64,000 nt of DNA from an uncultured delta proteobacterium (GCA_963826785.1 CAWGYD010000003.1:96001-160000), one strand, 5' to 3'. Counted from the stretch's first letter, positions 12,905 through 22,693 are shown. Numbers and translations are program-made. The notes: generated by a model not told the origin, from the letters alone.

Positions 12905-13996
12905 TCAGACCAGCGGGGTGGGAATGAAAATATCCTGGTACAGGTTCAGGATATAGCGGTCGGTCATGCTGGCGATGAGGTCGCAGATCACCCGTTCAAT
13001 GGGGATGTTTTCGTCGTATGCGGCTTCCATTTCCATGCCCGCCAGCTTTTCACGCAGCACGTCCGGGTGCGTCAGAAAATAGGCATAGACCTCGGATATC
13101 ATTTTTTTGGATTTGAAAAATTCCGCGTGCACCCTCTCGGACCGGTACACGTTTTCATATAAAAATTTTCGAAGCCGGGTCATGGCTTCCTGGACGGGAT
13201 CACTCAACTGAAGAACCAACTCGTCGTCTTTGACGTGGCTGGAATAAATCAGATCCCGGATCATGGCGGTGGCGCGCTGGGAATGGGTTTCCCCCAGCAC
13301 CCGGCTGCAGAAGGCGGGGACCTGTTCTCTTTTGATCACGCCGCTTCTGATGGCATCATCGAGATCGTGGTTTAAGTAGGCGATAATATCGGCAAACCGC
13401 ACGATCCGGCCTTCCACGGTGCAGGCCTTCTCGGATGGATCGGAGGGCATGATATCCCCGAATCCCTTGGAATGCTTTAATATGCCGTCTCTGACCTCAT
13501 AGGTCAGGTTCAGTCCTTCCCCGTTTCGCTCCAGAACATCCACCACCCGCAGGCTCTGTCGGTTGTGGCAGAAATCAGGGGAATAAATCTCTTTTAGGGC
13601 GGTTTCTCCGCTGTGGCCGAAGGGGGTGTGCCCCAGGTCATGCGCCAGGGCGACGGCTTCGGCCAGGTCCTCGTTCAAGCGCATGGCCCGGCTGATGGTC
13701 CGGGCGATTTCCGCCACTTCCAGGGTATGGGTCAGCCGGGTCCGGTAGTGGTCACCCAGGGGGGACAGAAATACCTGGGTTTTGTGTTTCAGACGCCGGA
13801 AGGCGTTGGAGAATACGATCCGGTCCCGGTCCTGCTGGTACACCGTGCGGATGGGACATTGGGGCTCCTCCCGCAGGCGGCCCCGGGATTTTGAAGAAAG
13901 CATACCCAGGGGGGAAATAAACGATGCTTCCCGTTCTTCGAACGCTTCCCGGATGGAAAGCGTGGTTTTTGGCAGTTGATAAAGTTTTTTTTCCAT
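12905..13996 (-). CDS. dgt: Deoxyguanosinetriphosphate triphosphohydrolase-like HD protein
   Basis: FRRLKHKTQV, RTRLTHTLEV, AHDLGHTPFGH, ADIIAYLNHDLDD. Confidence 0.92.
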   Translation of the reverse strand: MEKKLYQLPKTTLSIREAFEEREASFISPLGMLSSKSRGRLREEPQCPIRTVYQQDRDRIVFSNAFRRLKHKTQVFLSPLGDHYRTRLTHTLEVAEIARTISRAMRLNEDLAEAVALAHDLGHTPFGHSGETALKEIYSPDFCHNRQSLRVVDVLERNGEGLNLTYEVRDGILKHSKGFGDIMPSDPSEKACTVEGRIVRFADIIAYLNHDLDDAIRSGVIKREQVPAFCSRVLGETHSQRATAMIRDLIYSSHVKDDELVLQLSDPVQEAMTRLRKFLYENVYRSERVHAEFFKSKKMISEVYAYFLTHPDVLREKLAGMEMEAAYDENIPIERVICDLIASMTDRYILNLYQDIFIPTPLV

Positions 13997-14175
13997 TATT
14001 CCTGTGTGCAGCCGAAAAACCGTGCCGAACCGGACAAGGTCTCTCCCGCAAATAAACGTTACTCATGATCATGCAGACAAACAAATCAATAAAATAACAA
14101 TATCTGCCCTGATTTCAATAAAAAACATGAAATTCAGCATTGCCGCAGGCCTTGGGGATGGACGGCCCCGGCGCT

Positions 14176-15195
14176 TCAGGCAAAAAGATTCAAGTTGGGC
14201 CCCGTACCGGTCTCCGGCGGCATATCCAAAAGCCGCAAGACCGTTAAGCGCAGCTCGGACAGGCTCCGGGCGTGGGCCAGCTGTTTGTGGAGACCATGCC
14301 CGTAGCGGAACATGGCGCACAGGTAAGGGGCTGTTTTCTTAAATTTCCGCAGGGCGGAAACTTCCTCGTAATGACGCTCCAGCAAATCGATGAGCATCAG
14401 CGCGTTTTCCCGGTAGATATCGGGGCCCGGGAGCCATCCGTCCGACCATTTTGCAAACACCCAGGGACGGGCCACGGCGATCCGGCCCAAAGAGACCCCG
14501 TCGCACCCGGTTTGGGTCATCATTTTTCGGCAGTCGTGGGCGGTGAACACGTTGCCGTTACCAAACACCGGTATGGACACCGCATCCTTGACCCTTCCAA
14601 TATATTCCCATTTGGGCGGCCGGGAGCGGCGGTCCGGCGCCACCCGGGGATGAAAGGTCAGGGCATCGGCGCCGGCTTCCGCAAAGGCCCGGGCCATGGC
14701 GACCGCCGGCTCCGGACGGTCCTGCCATCCGGTTCTGAATTTGATGAAAAGAGGAAATCGGACCGCGCGGCGGACCGCCTTGACGATGGCAAGGGCCTGT
14801 TCCGGTGATTTCAGGAGGGCCGCGCCGCTGTTTCGTTTGCAGACGGCGGACACCGAGCACCCGAAATTGAGATCCACTCCGAAAAAGCCCTCATCCTCGA
14901 TACGGCGGGCAGCTTCGGCCATGCAGGCCGGCTCGGAGCCGAAAATCTGACAGACCAGCCGGGGCAGTTCACTGTCGCGCCACCTGAACACCGGCGAGAC
15001 ATGCCGGTTCTCATGCGGGATCGCCCGGGCGTTGCACATTTCCGTAAACTGCAGCCCGTATCCGCCATAGCTTTCCACCAACTGCCGAAAAGCGATATGC
15101 GTCAGCCCCGCCATGGGCGCCAGCACCAATCGTTTGTCGATCGTCTTGCCGCCGATATGAAGCGGCTGATTGAGCTTCAGTGAAATATCCATCAT
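14176..15195 (-). CDS. dus: tRNA-dihydrouridine synthase family protein
   Basis: LAPMAG, VDLNFGC, GAALLK, IKFRTG, FHPR, GNGNV, LGR. Confidence 0.88.
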   Translation of the reverse strand: MMDISLKLNQPLHIGGKTIDKRLVLAPMAGLTHIAFRQLVESYGGYGLQFTEMCNARAIPHENRHVSPVFRWRDSELPRLVCQIFGSEPACMAEAARRIEDEGFFGVDLNFGCSVSAVCKRNSGAALLKSPEQALAIVKAVRRAVRFPLFIKFRTGWQDRPEPAVAMARAFAEAGADALTFHPRVAPDRRSRPPKWEYIGRVKDAVSIPVFGNGNVFTAHDCRKMMTQTGCDGVSLGRIAVARPWVFAKWSDGWLPGPDIYRENALMLIDLLERHYEEVSALRKFKKTAPYLCAMFRYGHGLHKQLAHARSLSELRLTVLRLLDMPPETGTGPNLNLFA

Positions 15196-15232
15196 GACGG
15201 CTTACCATACCGGATTGCCCTGCCCTGTCAAT

Positions 15233-15268
15233 GGAAAGGTCTGGGGAAAGGTCCGGGGAAAGGTCCGG
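15233..15268 (+). repeat. 3 x 12-bp tandem repeat in the divergent dus/crotonase intergenic region
   Basis: GGAAAGGTCTGG-GGAAAGGTCCGG-GGAAAGGTCCGG. Confidence 0.85.
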
Positions 15269-15391
15269 TTTTCGCATCTGTATCTGGCAAAGGCGCAATT
15301 CTTCCTTTATTTTCTTTTATGATGATGATAACGATAAAAATTTAATATCTTGGCAGACATGGCGCACCGACCCCCTAATTCAGGAGAAATC

Positions 15392-16214
15392 ATGGGCAAT
15401 TATCAATTCTATATCGTCGAAAAGAAACCGCCGGTCGCATGGGTTTACCTGAACCGGCCGGAGAAGAAAAACGCCATGAACCCTCCGGCATGGCGGGAAG
15501 CGCTTCCAATTTTCGAAGACCTGGACCGCGATGACGATATCCGTGCGGTGGTCATCAGCGGCAAAGGCCCCTGCTTTTCGGCCGGCATCGACCTGATGGA
15601 AATGGCCGCCGAACTTCCCGAACTGATGGAATCCGGACAGAAAGGCGGGGTCAAGCGATCCCTGCTGCACAAGATATATCCGCTCCAGGATACCATGAGC
15701 TGCATCGAATGGTGCCGGAAACCGGTGATTGCCGCCATACATGGCTACTGCATCGGCGCGGGCCTGGATATGGCGACGGCCTGCGACATCCGGATCTGCA
15801 CCCAGGATGCCCAATTCTGCCTCAAGGAAGCCGCGGTCGGCTTTGTGGCGGACGTGGGGGTGCTCCAGCGGATCCCTTTGATCGTGGGCCAGGGTCTGGC
15901 CCGGGAGCTCGCCTATACGGCCAAGCGCATCGATGCCCAACGCGCCAGGGAAATCCTGCTGGTCAACGACATCTTTGCCGATCATGACTTCCCTGATGGC
16001 GGGGGCGGAGCAGATGGCCGGGGAAATCGCCGGCAATTCTCCCCTGGCGGTCCAGGCCTCCAAGGACGTACTGAATTTTGGCGTGGGAAAATCGATTGCG
16101 GACGGACTGAAATATGTGGCCTCCATGAGTACCAATATCATCCCCTCCGATGATCTGATGGAAGCCATCACCGCTTTCTCCCAGAAACGCAAACCGGTCT
16201 TTCCCGGCAAATAA
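15392..16214 (+). CDS. Enoyl-CoA hydratase/crotonase family protein, frameshifted (probable sequencing error)
   Basis: LNRPEKKNAM, FSAGIDL, KPVIAAIHGYCIGAG, ADVG. An extra T near 15989 shifts to the frame ending NSPLAVQASK...KRKPVFPGK. AGGAG RBS before ATG at 15392. Confidence 0.87.
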
Positions 16215-16218
16215 GGGC

Positions 16219-17535
16219 ATGCGGATACACATCAGCAGTCTCGGCTGCGCCCGGAACCTGGTGGACAGCGAAATCATGACCGGGATGCTCGCCGCCGAAG
16301 GATTTACCCTCACCGACGATCCAGCGGAAGCGGAAGCGATTGTGGTCAACACCTGCGGATTTATCGAGTCTGCGGTGGACGAGGCCGTGGATACCATTCT
16401 TGAGCTGGCCCGCCATAAAGCGTCCGGCACCTGCCGCCGGCTCATCGTCACCGGGTGCATGCCCGAACGATTCCGGGAGGATACCGCCGGGGCGCTGCCG
16501 GAAGTGGACGCCTTTCTGGGCACCGGGGCCTATGACCGGATCATTTCGGCGGTCCGGGGGGACCTCGAACCGGGCGCCTGCCTCCTTCCCGCCCCCGAAG
16601 CCATGCCCCTGCAGCATCCGGAAACCGCCCGCCGGGTGAGCACCTATCCCCTGGCCTATCTCAAAATTACCGAAGGGTGCAACCGGCACTGCACCTACTG
16701 CATCATCCCCAGATTAAGGGGACGGCTCCGGAGTCGGCCGATGGCGGATGTGCTATCTGAAGCCGGTGCGCTCATCGCCGCGGGATACCGGGAAATCGTT
16801 GTCATCGGGCAGGAAACCTTCGCGTATGGCGACGACCTGGACCCGCAGGTGCCATTTCATATGCTGCTCGACGCTGTGGCCAAACTTTCATCGGATACCT
16901 GGATACGGGTCCTGTACGGTTCACCGGACAAAACGACGGAAGAATTGATCGACACCGTGGCCCGGCATGAAAACATCTGTTCGTATTTTGATATTCCCGT
17001 ACAGCATGCAAGCCCAAAAGTGTTGAAACGGATGGGCCGGAATTATACCCCGGAGTCGCTGCACTCCCTTTTTGCCGCGATTCGGGCCCGGATGCCCGAA
17101 GCCGCACTTCGAACCACGCTGATGGTGGGATTTCCCGGTGAATCTGAGGCGGATTTCGAAATGCTCCAAAATTTCATGGCGCAGACCCGTTTCGATCATG
17201 CCGGCGTTTTCATCTATTCGGATTCCGAAGATCTGCCGGCGCATCGTTTATCCGGACATGTATCCGCAAAAACGGCACGGACCCGGTATGAGCGACTGAT
17301 GAAACTGCAGGCGAAAATCTCTTATGAAAAAAACCAGTCCCGGGTGGGCCGCAACTTTCGCGTGCTGGTGGAGGAATCCATGGAGCCGGGCCTGCATATC
17401 GGGCGGACCCAGTTCCAGGCCCCCGAAGTGGATGGAATCGTATATATCGAAGCAGAAGACCTGGCCATCGGGGATGTTGTCGACGTTGAAATGACCGATG
17501 CATTCGAGTATGACCTGAAGGGAAAGTTGATATGA
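16219..17535 (+). CDS. rimO: Ribosomal protein S12 methylthiotransferase
   Basis: SLGCARNLVDSE, VNTCGFI, radical-SAM CNRHCTYC, C-terminal TRAM domain (APEVDG). Confidence 0.95.
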   Translation: MRIHISSLGCARNLVDSEIMTGMLAAEGFTLTDDPAEAEAIVVNTCGFIESAVDEAVDTILELARHKASGTCRRLIVTGCMPERFREDTAGALPEVDAFLGTGAYDRIISAVRGDLEPGACLLPAPEAMPLQHPETARRVSTYPLAYLKITEGCNRHCTYCIIPRLRGRLRSRPMADVLSEAGALIAAGYREIVVIGQETFAYGDDLDPQVPFHMLLDAVAKLSSDTWIRVLYGSPDKTTEELIDTVARHENICSYFDIPVQHASPKVLKRMGRNYTPESLHSLFAAIRARMPEAALRTTLMVGFPGESEADFEMLQNFMAQTRFDHAGVFIYSDSEDLPAHRLSGHVSAKTARTRYERLMKLQAKISYEKNQSRVGRNFRVLVEESMEPGLHIGRTQFQAPEVDGIVYIEAEDLAIGDVVDVEMTDAFEYDLKGKLI

Positions 17536-18512
17536 GCGGACTGAAACCGGTACTGGCGGAAAGAATCCAGGAAGATCTGAAAAATATCGAACGCGAACTG
17601 GAGCGCAATTTAAATCCGCATCTTGGACTCATCCGCGAAACCGCCGGGCATCTCATCTTCAGCGGGGGAAAACGCATCCGGCCGCTTTTAAATATCCTCT
17701 GCGGGCGTCTCTGCGGATATACCGACCCGTTCATCAACAAATTTTCCACCGTCATCGAATTTCTGCACACCGCCACCCTGCTGCACGATGATGTCATCGA
17801 CGGAGCTTCCACCCGACGGGGAAAACCCGTGGCCCACTCCATCTCCGGGGCGCCGGTGACCATTCTGGTGGGCGATTTCCTGCTGGCCCGGGCGCTTGGC
17901 ATTGCATCGGAAACGCACAACCCCCATATCATCTCCGTGATCGCCGATATTACGGAGCATATGTGCCAGGGAGAGATCCTGCAGTTGACCCGGAAAGGCG
18001 ACATCTCCCTGACGGAATCCGAATACATGGATGTGATCACCCGCAAAACCGGCTTTCTCATCCAGGGCGCCTGCCAGACCGGCGCGGCTCTTGCCGGCGC
18101 CACCCCGGAGACCGAGGCGCGCCTGGCCCGGTTCGGTTTCCATGTGGGGCTTGCCTTCCAGATCGCAGACGACCTGCTGGATTATATCGCGGACAGTTCC
18201 GTGCTCGGCAAGACCGTCGGGGCGGATTTGAGGGAAGGGAAAATGACACTGCCGGTCATTTATGCCCTCTCCCGGGCAAATGCATCGGACCGGGACCGGA
18301 TGGAAAAAATCATCCTCAACAAGAATTTCGAGGAAACCGAATTTCGCTCACTGCTCCAGCTGCTGCATGAATACGGAGGAATCGAACATGGCCGTCGTCT
18401 CGCCCGGACCCATATAGAACAGGCGAAGGATATCATGCGCGCTTTCGATGACTGCCAAACCCGGGAAACACTCATGATGATCGCCGACCACGCATTGGAG
18501 AGAAGAACCTGA
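17532..18512 (+). CDS. Polyprenyl diphosphate synthase (IspB-like)
   Basis: GGKRIRP, LLHDDVID..RRG, FQIADDLLD, DLREGK. Confidence 0.93.
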   Translation: MSGLKPVLAERIQEDLKNIERELERNLNPHLGLIRETAGHLIFSGGKRIRPLLNILCGRLCGYTDPFINKFSTVIEFLHTATLLHDDVIDGASTRRGKPVAHSISGAPVTILVGDFLLARALGIASETHNPHIISVIADITEHMCQGEILQLTRKGDISLTESEYMDVITRKTGFLIQGACQTGAALAGATPETEARLARFGFHVGLAFQIADDLLDYIADSSVLGKTVGADLREGKMTLPVIYALSRANASDRDRMEKIILNKNFEETEFRSLLQLLHEYGGIEHGRRLARTHIEQAKDIMRAFDDCQTRETLMMIADHALERRT

Positions 18513-18531
18513 TGACAAAAGGAGTTGCTGC

Positions 18532-19737
18532 ATGAGATCGTATGCCGGATACCTAAGAGAGACACTCTTTTTGCTGATATTTTGCGCCGCAGGCGTGGCT
18601 ATTTCCTGCCATACCGCCCGGGCGCAGGTGGAACCGGAATTGAAAAGCGTCACCACCATTGGTGTGAGCAGGATCTATACCGATGTTCCCAATGCCCGGT
18701 ATGCCGCTATTGCAGAGTGCCTGCTGACATCGGTGGAAAATACCGCCATTGAAATGCTTCCCGCCACCACCGTCACCGATGAATTCGAACCCCTCAGCAA
18801 ACTCCTTTCCGGCCAGCGGGACAAATTCATCATCGGCTACAAGGTATTAAAAGAAATCAAGACGGAAAACGATTACCGGGTGCTGGTCCAGGTATCTGTC
18901 TCCAAAGACAAGCTGAAACAGGAACTGGTGGAAGCCGGCATCCTGATGGGGGCCGAGACGCTCCCCACGGTGGTTTTCCTGGTGGCGGAGCGTTATGCAG
19001 ACGACTTGTCATTTCAATACTGGTGGCGCAAGGGCAAACCCCTCTTCCAGGTGGACGCCGCCGCCCGGCCCATGATGGCGGCATTCGAGAAAAACGGGTT
19101 TCCGGTCATCGATCCGGAAAACATCCCGGATGAGCTCTTCGATGATATGGACCTTCCCGCCCAGCTTTCAGATGAAGCCGCGATCGCACTCGGAAAACTG
19201 CTCAATGCCGACCTGGTGGTCCCGGGAACCGCCATTGCAGACCAGACCCCCAATCGCATGGGCAAGGATACATTGTCATTTAAAGGGACCATAAACGCCC
19301 GGGTGCTTTCGGTGAAAACCGGACAGGCGATCACCACCATCGAAGACAGCACTGCCGCAATCGGACGGGACCTGACCGCCGGCAGCCGGAAAGCCCTTGC
19401 CGACGCCGGGAGCCAGGCGGCTTTGAAACTGGCCGATGAGGTGTATGCCCGATGGATGCAGTTGAAACGAAATACCGGCATGATCAATCTCCACATAAAG
19501 GGAGAAAATATCCTGCCCTACCTGGTCATGTTCCGGGAATCCCTGCGCACCACCGACGGTATCAAGAACCAGAGAATTTTGGAAATGACCCCCAACGAGG
19601 CGTTGGTGGCGGTGGATTACGCGGGAAGCCCCCAGGAACTGGCAGATGTGCTAATCCTGAAGGGATTCGAAGATTTCGGGGTCAATATCTACGATATTTC
19701 GCAAAACACATTAAACATTGAACTCATTGGGCATTGA
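18532..19737 (+). CDS. Exported hypothetical protein (401 aa)
   Basis: Signal peptide ending TARA-Q, AAGGAG RBS; continues the operon. Confidence 0.75.
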   Translation: MRSYAGYLRETLFLLIFCAAGVAISCHTARAQVEPELKSVTTIGVSRIYTDVPNARYAAIAECLLTSVENTAIEMLPATTVTDEFEPLSKLLSGQRDKFIIGYKVLKEIKTENDYRVLVQVSVSKDKLKQELVEAGILMGAETLPTVVFLVAERYADDLSFQYWWRKGKPLFQVDAAARPMMAAFEKNGFPVIDPENIPDELFDDMDLPAQLSDEAAIALGKLLNADLVVPGTAIADQTPNRMGKDTLSFKGTINARVLSVKTGQAITTIEDSTAAIGRDLTAGSRKALADAGSQAALKLADEVYARWMQLKRNTGMINLHIKGENILPYLVMFRESLRTTDGIKNQRILEMTPNEALVAVDYAGSPQELADVLILKGFEDFGVNIYDISQNTLNIELIGH

Positions 19738-19820
19738 TACTCCGGAAACGAAGCACCTCGGGATAGTAAAATCACGGGAATTCGGATTGGATGTAAAATA
19801 CGACTGAGTCCCCCACCTCC

Positions 19821-19853
19821 AAAAAATTTCGGGGCTGCATGCCGGCAGCCCCG
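19821..19853 (-). terminator. Rho-independent terminator for the 19885-20427 gene
   Basis: CGGGGCTGC/GCAGCCCCG stem followed on the minus strand by AAATTTTTT. Confidence 0.6.
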
Positions 19854-19884
19854 ATCCACTTCCCGTATCGACATTAAAACGAAC

Positions 19885-20427
19885 TTACTCAGCAGGCGGC
19901 GCTACCTCCTCAGGATATACAATCATCCCTTCGAGGGCCACCGGCTCGGAAAACACATTGTCTTGGCGCTTTTTTCCGAATCCCTCTTTTCCGGGATCAA
20001 GCCCCTTTACTTTTGCGAAGATATTGCTGAAGGTAAAGGAATTGAGGTCTTCCGGCAGGGCTTCGGCAATGGCGGCCGTCAGTTCGCCGGAGTCGATGTC
20101 AATGCACATATCGACAGTGCTGTAACAGACTTCGAACGCTTCTTCGAAAACCGTTTCACCGGGTTCGACTGTCCCGTAATTGTATTCCAGATCACCATAG
20201 AGGACCACCGAATATTTCAGCGCATCTGTAACGGCGCCTTCCGGCTGGACATCCGCAAGATCCCAGCAAAGCGTCACATCGCCATCAACATAATTGGGGG
20301 TGCCAAATTCATACAGATAAACGTCCCCCGGCTTTTCTTTCCCTTCTTTGGGCCCTTTAGCCATGGCCGGGATAATTGTAATGACCAGAACCAGCGCAAT
20401 TGCAATAATAAATATCTTTGATTTCAT
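19885..20427 (-). CDS. Secreted acidic hypothetical protein (180 aa)
   Basis: GAGGAGG RBS, signal peptide MKSKIFIIAIALVLVITIIPAMA, D/E-rich mature part. Confidence 0.8.
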   Translation of the reverse strand: MKSKIFIIAIALVLVITIIPAMAKGPKEGKEKPGDVYLYEFGTPNYVDGDVTLCWDLADVQPEGAVTDALKYSVVLYGDLEYNYGTVEPGETVFEEAFEVCYSTVDMCIDIDSGELTAAIAEALPEDLNSFTFSNIFAKVKGLDPGKEGFGKKRQDNVFSEPVALEGMIVYPEEVAPPAE

Positions 20428-20627
20428 GGTGCCTCCTCATTAAGTGAGTTAGTCAATAGATCCATTTCGAACACAAGAATATCGGCAATACTGAAATCTT
20501 TAGATCAGCGGTCTCTTTCACCCCCTTTTCACATTGATTAAATTAAGTTCAAATCGGGTTTCATTGCCTCAGTTTTTCGGTTTATTCAGTGGATTAAAAA
20601 TCTAAATTAATGAATGTAAAACTATTT

Positions 20628-20643
20628 TGCAAATTTGATACCA
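20628..20643 (-). promoter_or_regulatory. Sigma54 (-24/-12) promoter candidate
   Basis: Minus strand TGGTATCAAATTTGCA = GG-N10-GC, about 200 bp upstream of the ATG at 20427, in AT-rich DNA. Confidence 0.6.
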
Positions 20644-21077
20644 AGTACATTCTCTTCTACTATATTTTTAAACTATGTTTTATATAACTCTTCGCAAAAA
20701 TGATCGGGATGATTCCCGAATTTCCACTTCAGTCCTAAAAATAAGGTATCGGAATACTATTTTAAGGCTGATGAAATGTTCACTCATCAACTATGGTTGC
20801 CCTCCCGATAGACCTTTATAATTTTCCGACAGGGTAAAACGCTTCTCATATCGTGTATTTTACTATACAATTGTGCATTAAAGTTTACATTTGCTGTGAA
20901 TCAGCAGAGATCCTCTTTCGATATCAGGTTTCTGGAAAGCTGCTAACAAGATCTAAATCTTGACCTTCACATTATTTTTCAATATACTTGCCAAGATCAA
21001 AGATTCGATTTTACAATCAAATTACTGATTGCATGCGGATTGAAAACGTATTTAGAAAAGAAATAGAGGGGTATGCT

Positions 21078-21641
21078 GTGACGGTCAATATTGAAGAGAC
21101 GGTTTCCGGAACACTTCAGAAATACATTGCCATTCTATCTTCAATCAATCGAGTCCAGGCACGTCTTCAATGGTCTGAGATCGCGTTTATTTTTTTAAAC
21201 ATTGCCGTTTTTTTCCCCACCGCGTATTTACTGATGTGCATTTCCAGTAACAACCGGACGTTCGGCAACTCAACGGATGTTTTGATTGTCCTTCTATGCC
21301 ATGTCATCGGCATATTCATTAATTCCTACTGGACCGCATCATCCATGCGGCTGCAGCTCAAACTCAAGCTCAACTATTTTCAGGCGAGATTTCTGGAACG
21401 CAAGATGAATGCAGCCGGGGAATTTATCATTTCCGACGAAGAGTTGTTTTTTAATCCACAAAAAGGCCGAATCACCAGTCCGGACGGGGAAGAAACATTG
21501 ATCTACCCCGCCCAGGGCGCATTCCGAATGGATGGATTCGTCGGCGCTGCCAGACCCAGAATCCTCTCCATTTGCATGCCCTTGCTGTTTTTCATTATCT
21601 ATCTGACATCATTTTTCTCTTTGATATTTACAATCCTGTAA
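21078..21641 (+). CDS. Hypothetical membrane protein (about 3 TM segments)
   Basis: GTG at 21078 after GAGGGG; two central hydrophobic segments and one C-terminal one. Confidence 0.7.
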   Translation: MTVNIEETVSGTLQKYIAILSSINRVQARLQWSEIAFIFLNIAVFFPTAYLLMCISSNNRTFGNSTDVLIVLLCHVIGIFINSYWTASSMRLQLKLKLNYFQARFLERKMNAAGEFIISDEELFFNPQKGRITSPDGEETLIYPAQGAFRMDGFVGAARPRILSICMPLLFFIIYLTSFFSLIFTIL

Positions 21642-21778
21642 CACCGAAGCAAAGCGATCAAAGAAGCGCAGAGGTCGTTTTTTGCTGAAGAAGTACTTTC
21701 GTGAAGGGGACTTAATGGTTTATTCGGAATTCTTTTGGAGATAAAACTGGACGGCAGCCATGGCATGAGGCCTGGCGA

Positions 21779-22180
21779 TCATTTTATTACCTTCGTAAAC
21801 TGGTCGGTAACCGAATTCCAGTTGTCATGGGCACGCTGGTAATCGTCAGGGCACCTGCCGGTATGATCCTTCACCACGATAGTGATAACCTCATTGGGAT
21901 CATTTCCGAAAATCTGGATGTGGCTCTTGGGATTATTGGTCGACACCTTCAAGTCATCTATCCGGGGCGTTTGGGAATGCGAAGGCATGGAAAAATAATC
22001 GCTGATCACTCTTGAAACGATATAGGCATCATTTTCCGTCTGGCTGCAAAATCCTTTATTTCGATATTGGATATAATTCGGGATCGCGATAGCCGCCAGC
22101 AGACTGATAATAGCGATCACCACCATCAGTTCCATCAATGAAAACCCATTTGACTGCAGAAACCACTTTTGGTATTTCAT
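21779..22180 (-). CDS. Type IVa pilin (PilA-like)
   Basis: Prepilin cleavage site NG|FSLMELMVVIAIISLLAAIAIPNY with E5 and P22; 121-aa mature protein. Confidence 0.9.
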   Translation of the reverse strand: MKYQKWFLQSNGFSLMELMVVIAIISLLAAIAIPNYIQYRNKGFCSQTENDAYIVSRVISDYFSMPSHSQTPRIDDLKVSTNNPKSHIQIFGNDPNEVITIVVKDHTGRCPDDYQRAHDNWNSVTDQFTKVIK

Positions 22181-22493
22181 TTTTTCAATCCCCGCTATAT
22201 AATATGCCTTGATTTTTAAGCATCATGTATCACCGGACCACCAAGACAACCGATTTAAAACCTAATATCAATTTTTTTCAAAAAGATCAAATCCTTTTGG
22301 GAGCCCAAGGCCATCATTGTCTGAAAATGAGAACAACCCATTTCCTGTTAATAAGGCCATCAGATCTTCGCAGGCAAAAATTTATAAAATCACGACTTAA
22401 TGGCTTGTTGATTTTCGTCGGGGAATTTAAAAAGGCACGGGATGAAAAAGAAAAAGCTTGAGTGATTGCGGTCACCACCCGGGCACCACACAT

Positions 22494-22528
22494 AAAAAAA
22501 GGGATTACAGCAAATACTGTAATCCCTT
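22494..22528 (-). terminator. Rho-independent terminator of tRNA-Val
   Basis: AAGGGATTACAG/CTGTAATCCCTT inverted repeat followed by a T run on the minus strand. Confidence 0.8.
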
Positions 22529-22536
22529 GATTTTAT

Positions 22537-22611
22537 TGGTAGGCGCGATTGGACTTGAACCAACGACTTCTACCGTGTCGGGGTAGCGCTCTTCCTCTGA
22601 GCTACGCGCCT
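22537..22611 (-). tRNA. tRNA-Val(GAC)
   Basis: AGGCGCGTAGCTCAGAGGAAGAGCGCTACCCCGACACGGTAGAAGTCGTTGGTTCAAGTCCAATCGCGCCTACCA: cloverleaf, anticodon stem CTACC/GGTAG, GTTCAA T-loop, encoded CCA. Confidence 0.95.
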
Positions 22612-22693
22612 GTAAAACAAATTTTTAACACCGCTTCGGCCGTTCTGTCAAGCAAAAATCAAGCATATCGGTATTCCTTAGGCAGATTGAAAG

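Noticed and set aside
19800..19822. GAGTCCCCCACCTCCA resembling a tRNA/tmRNA 3'-end att remnant
   Set aside because: Short, lacks a GTTC T-loop and does not match the tRNA-Val 3' end.
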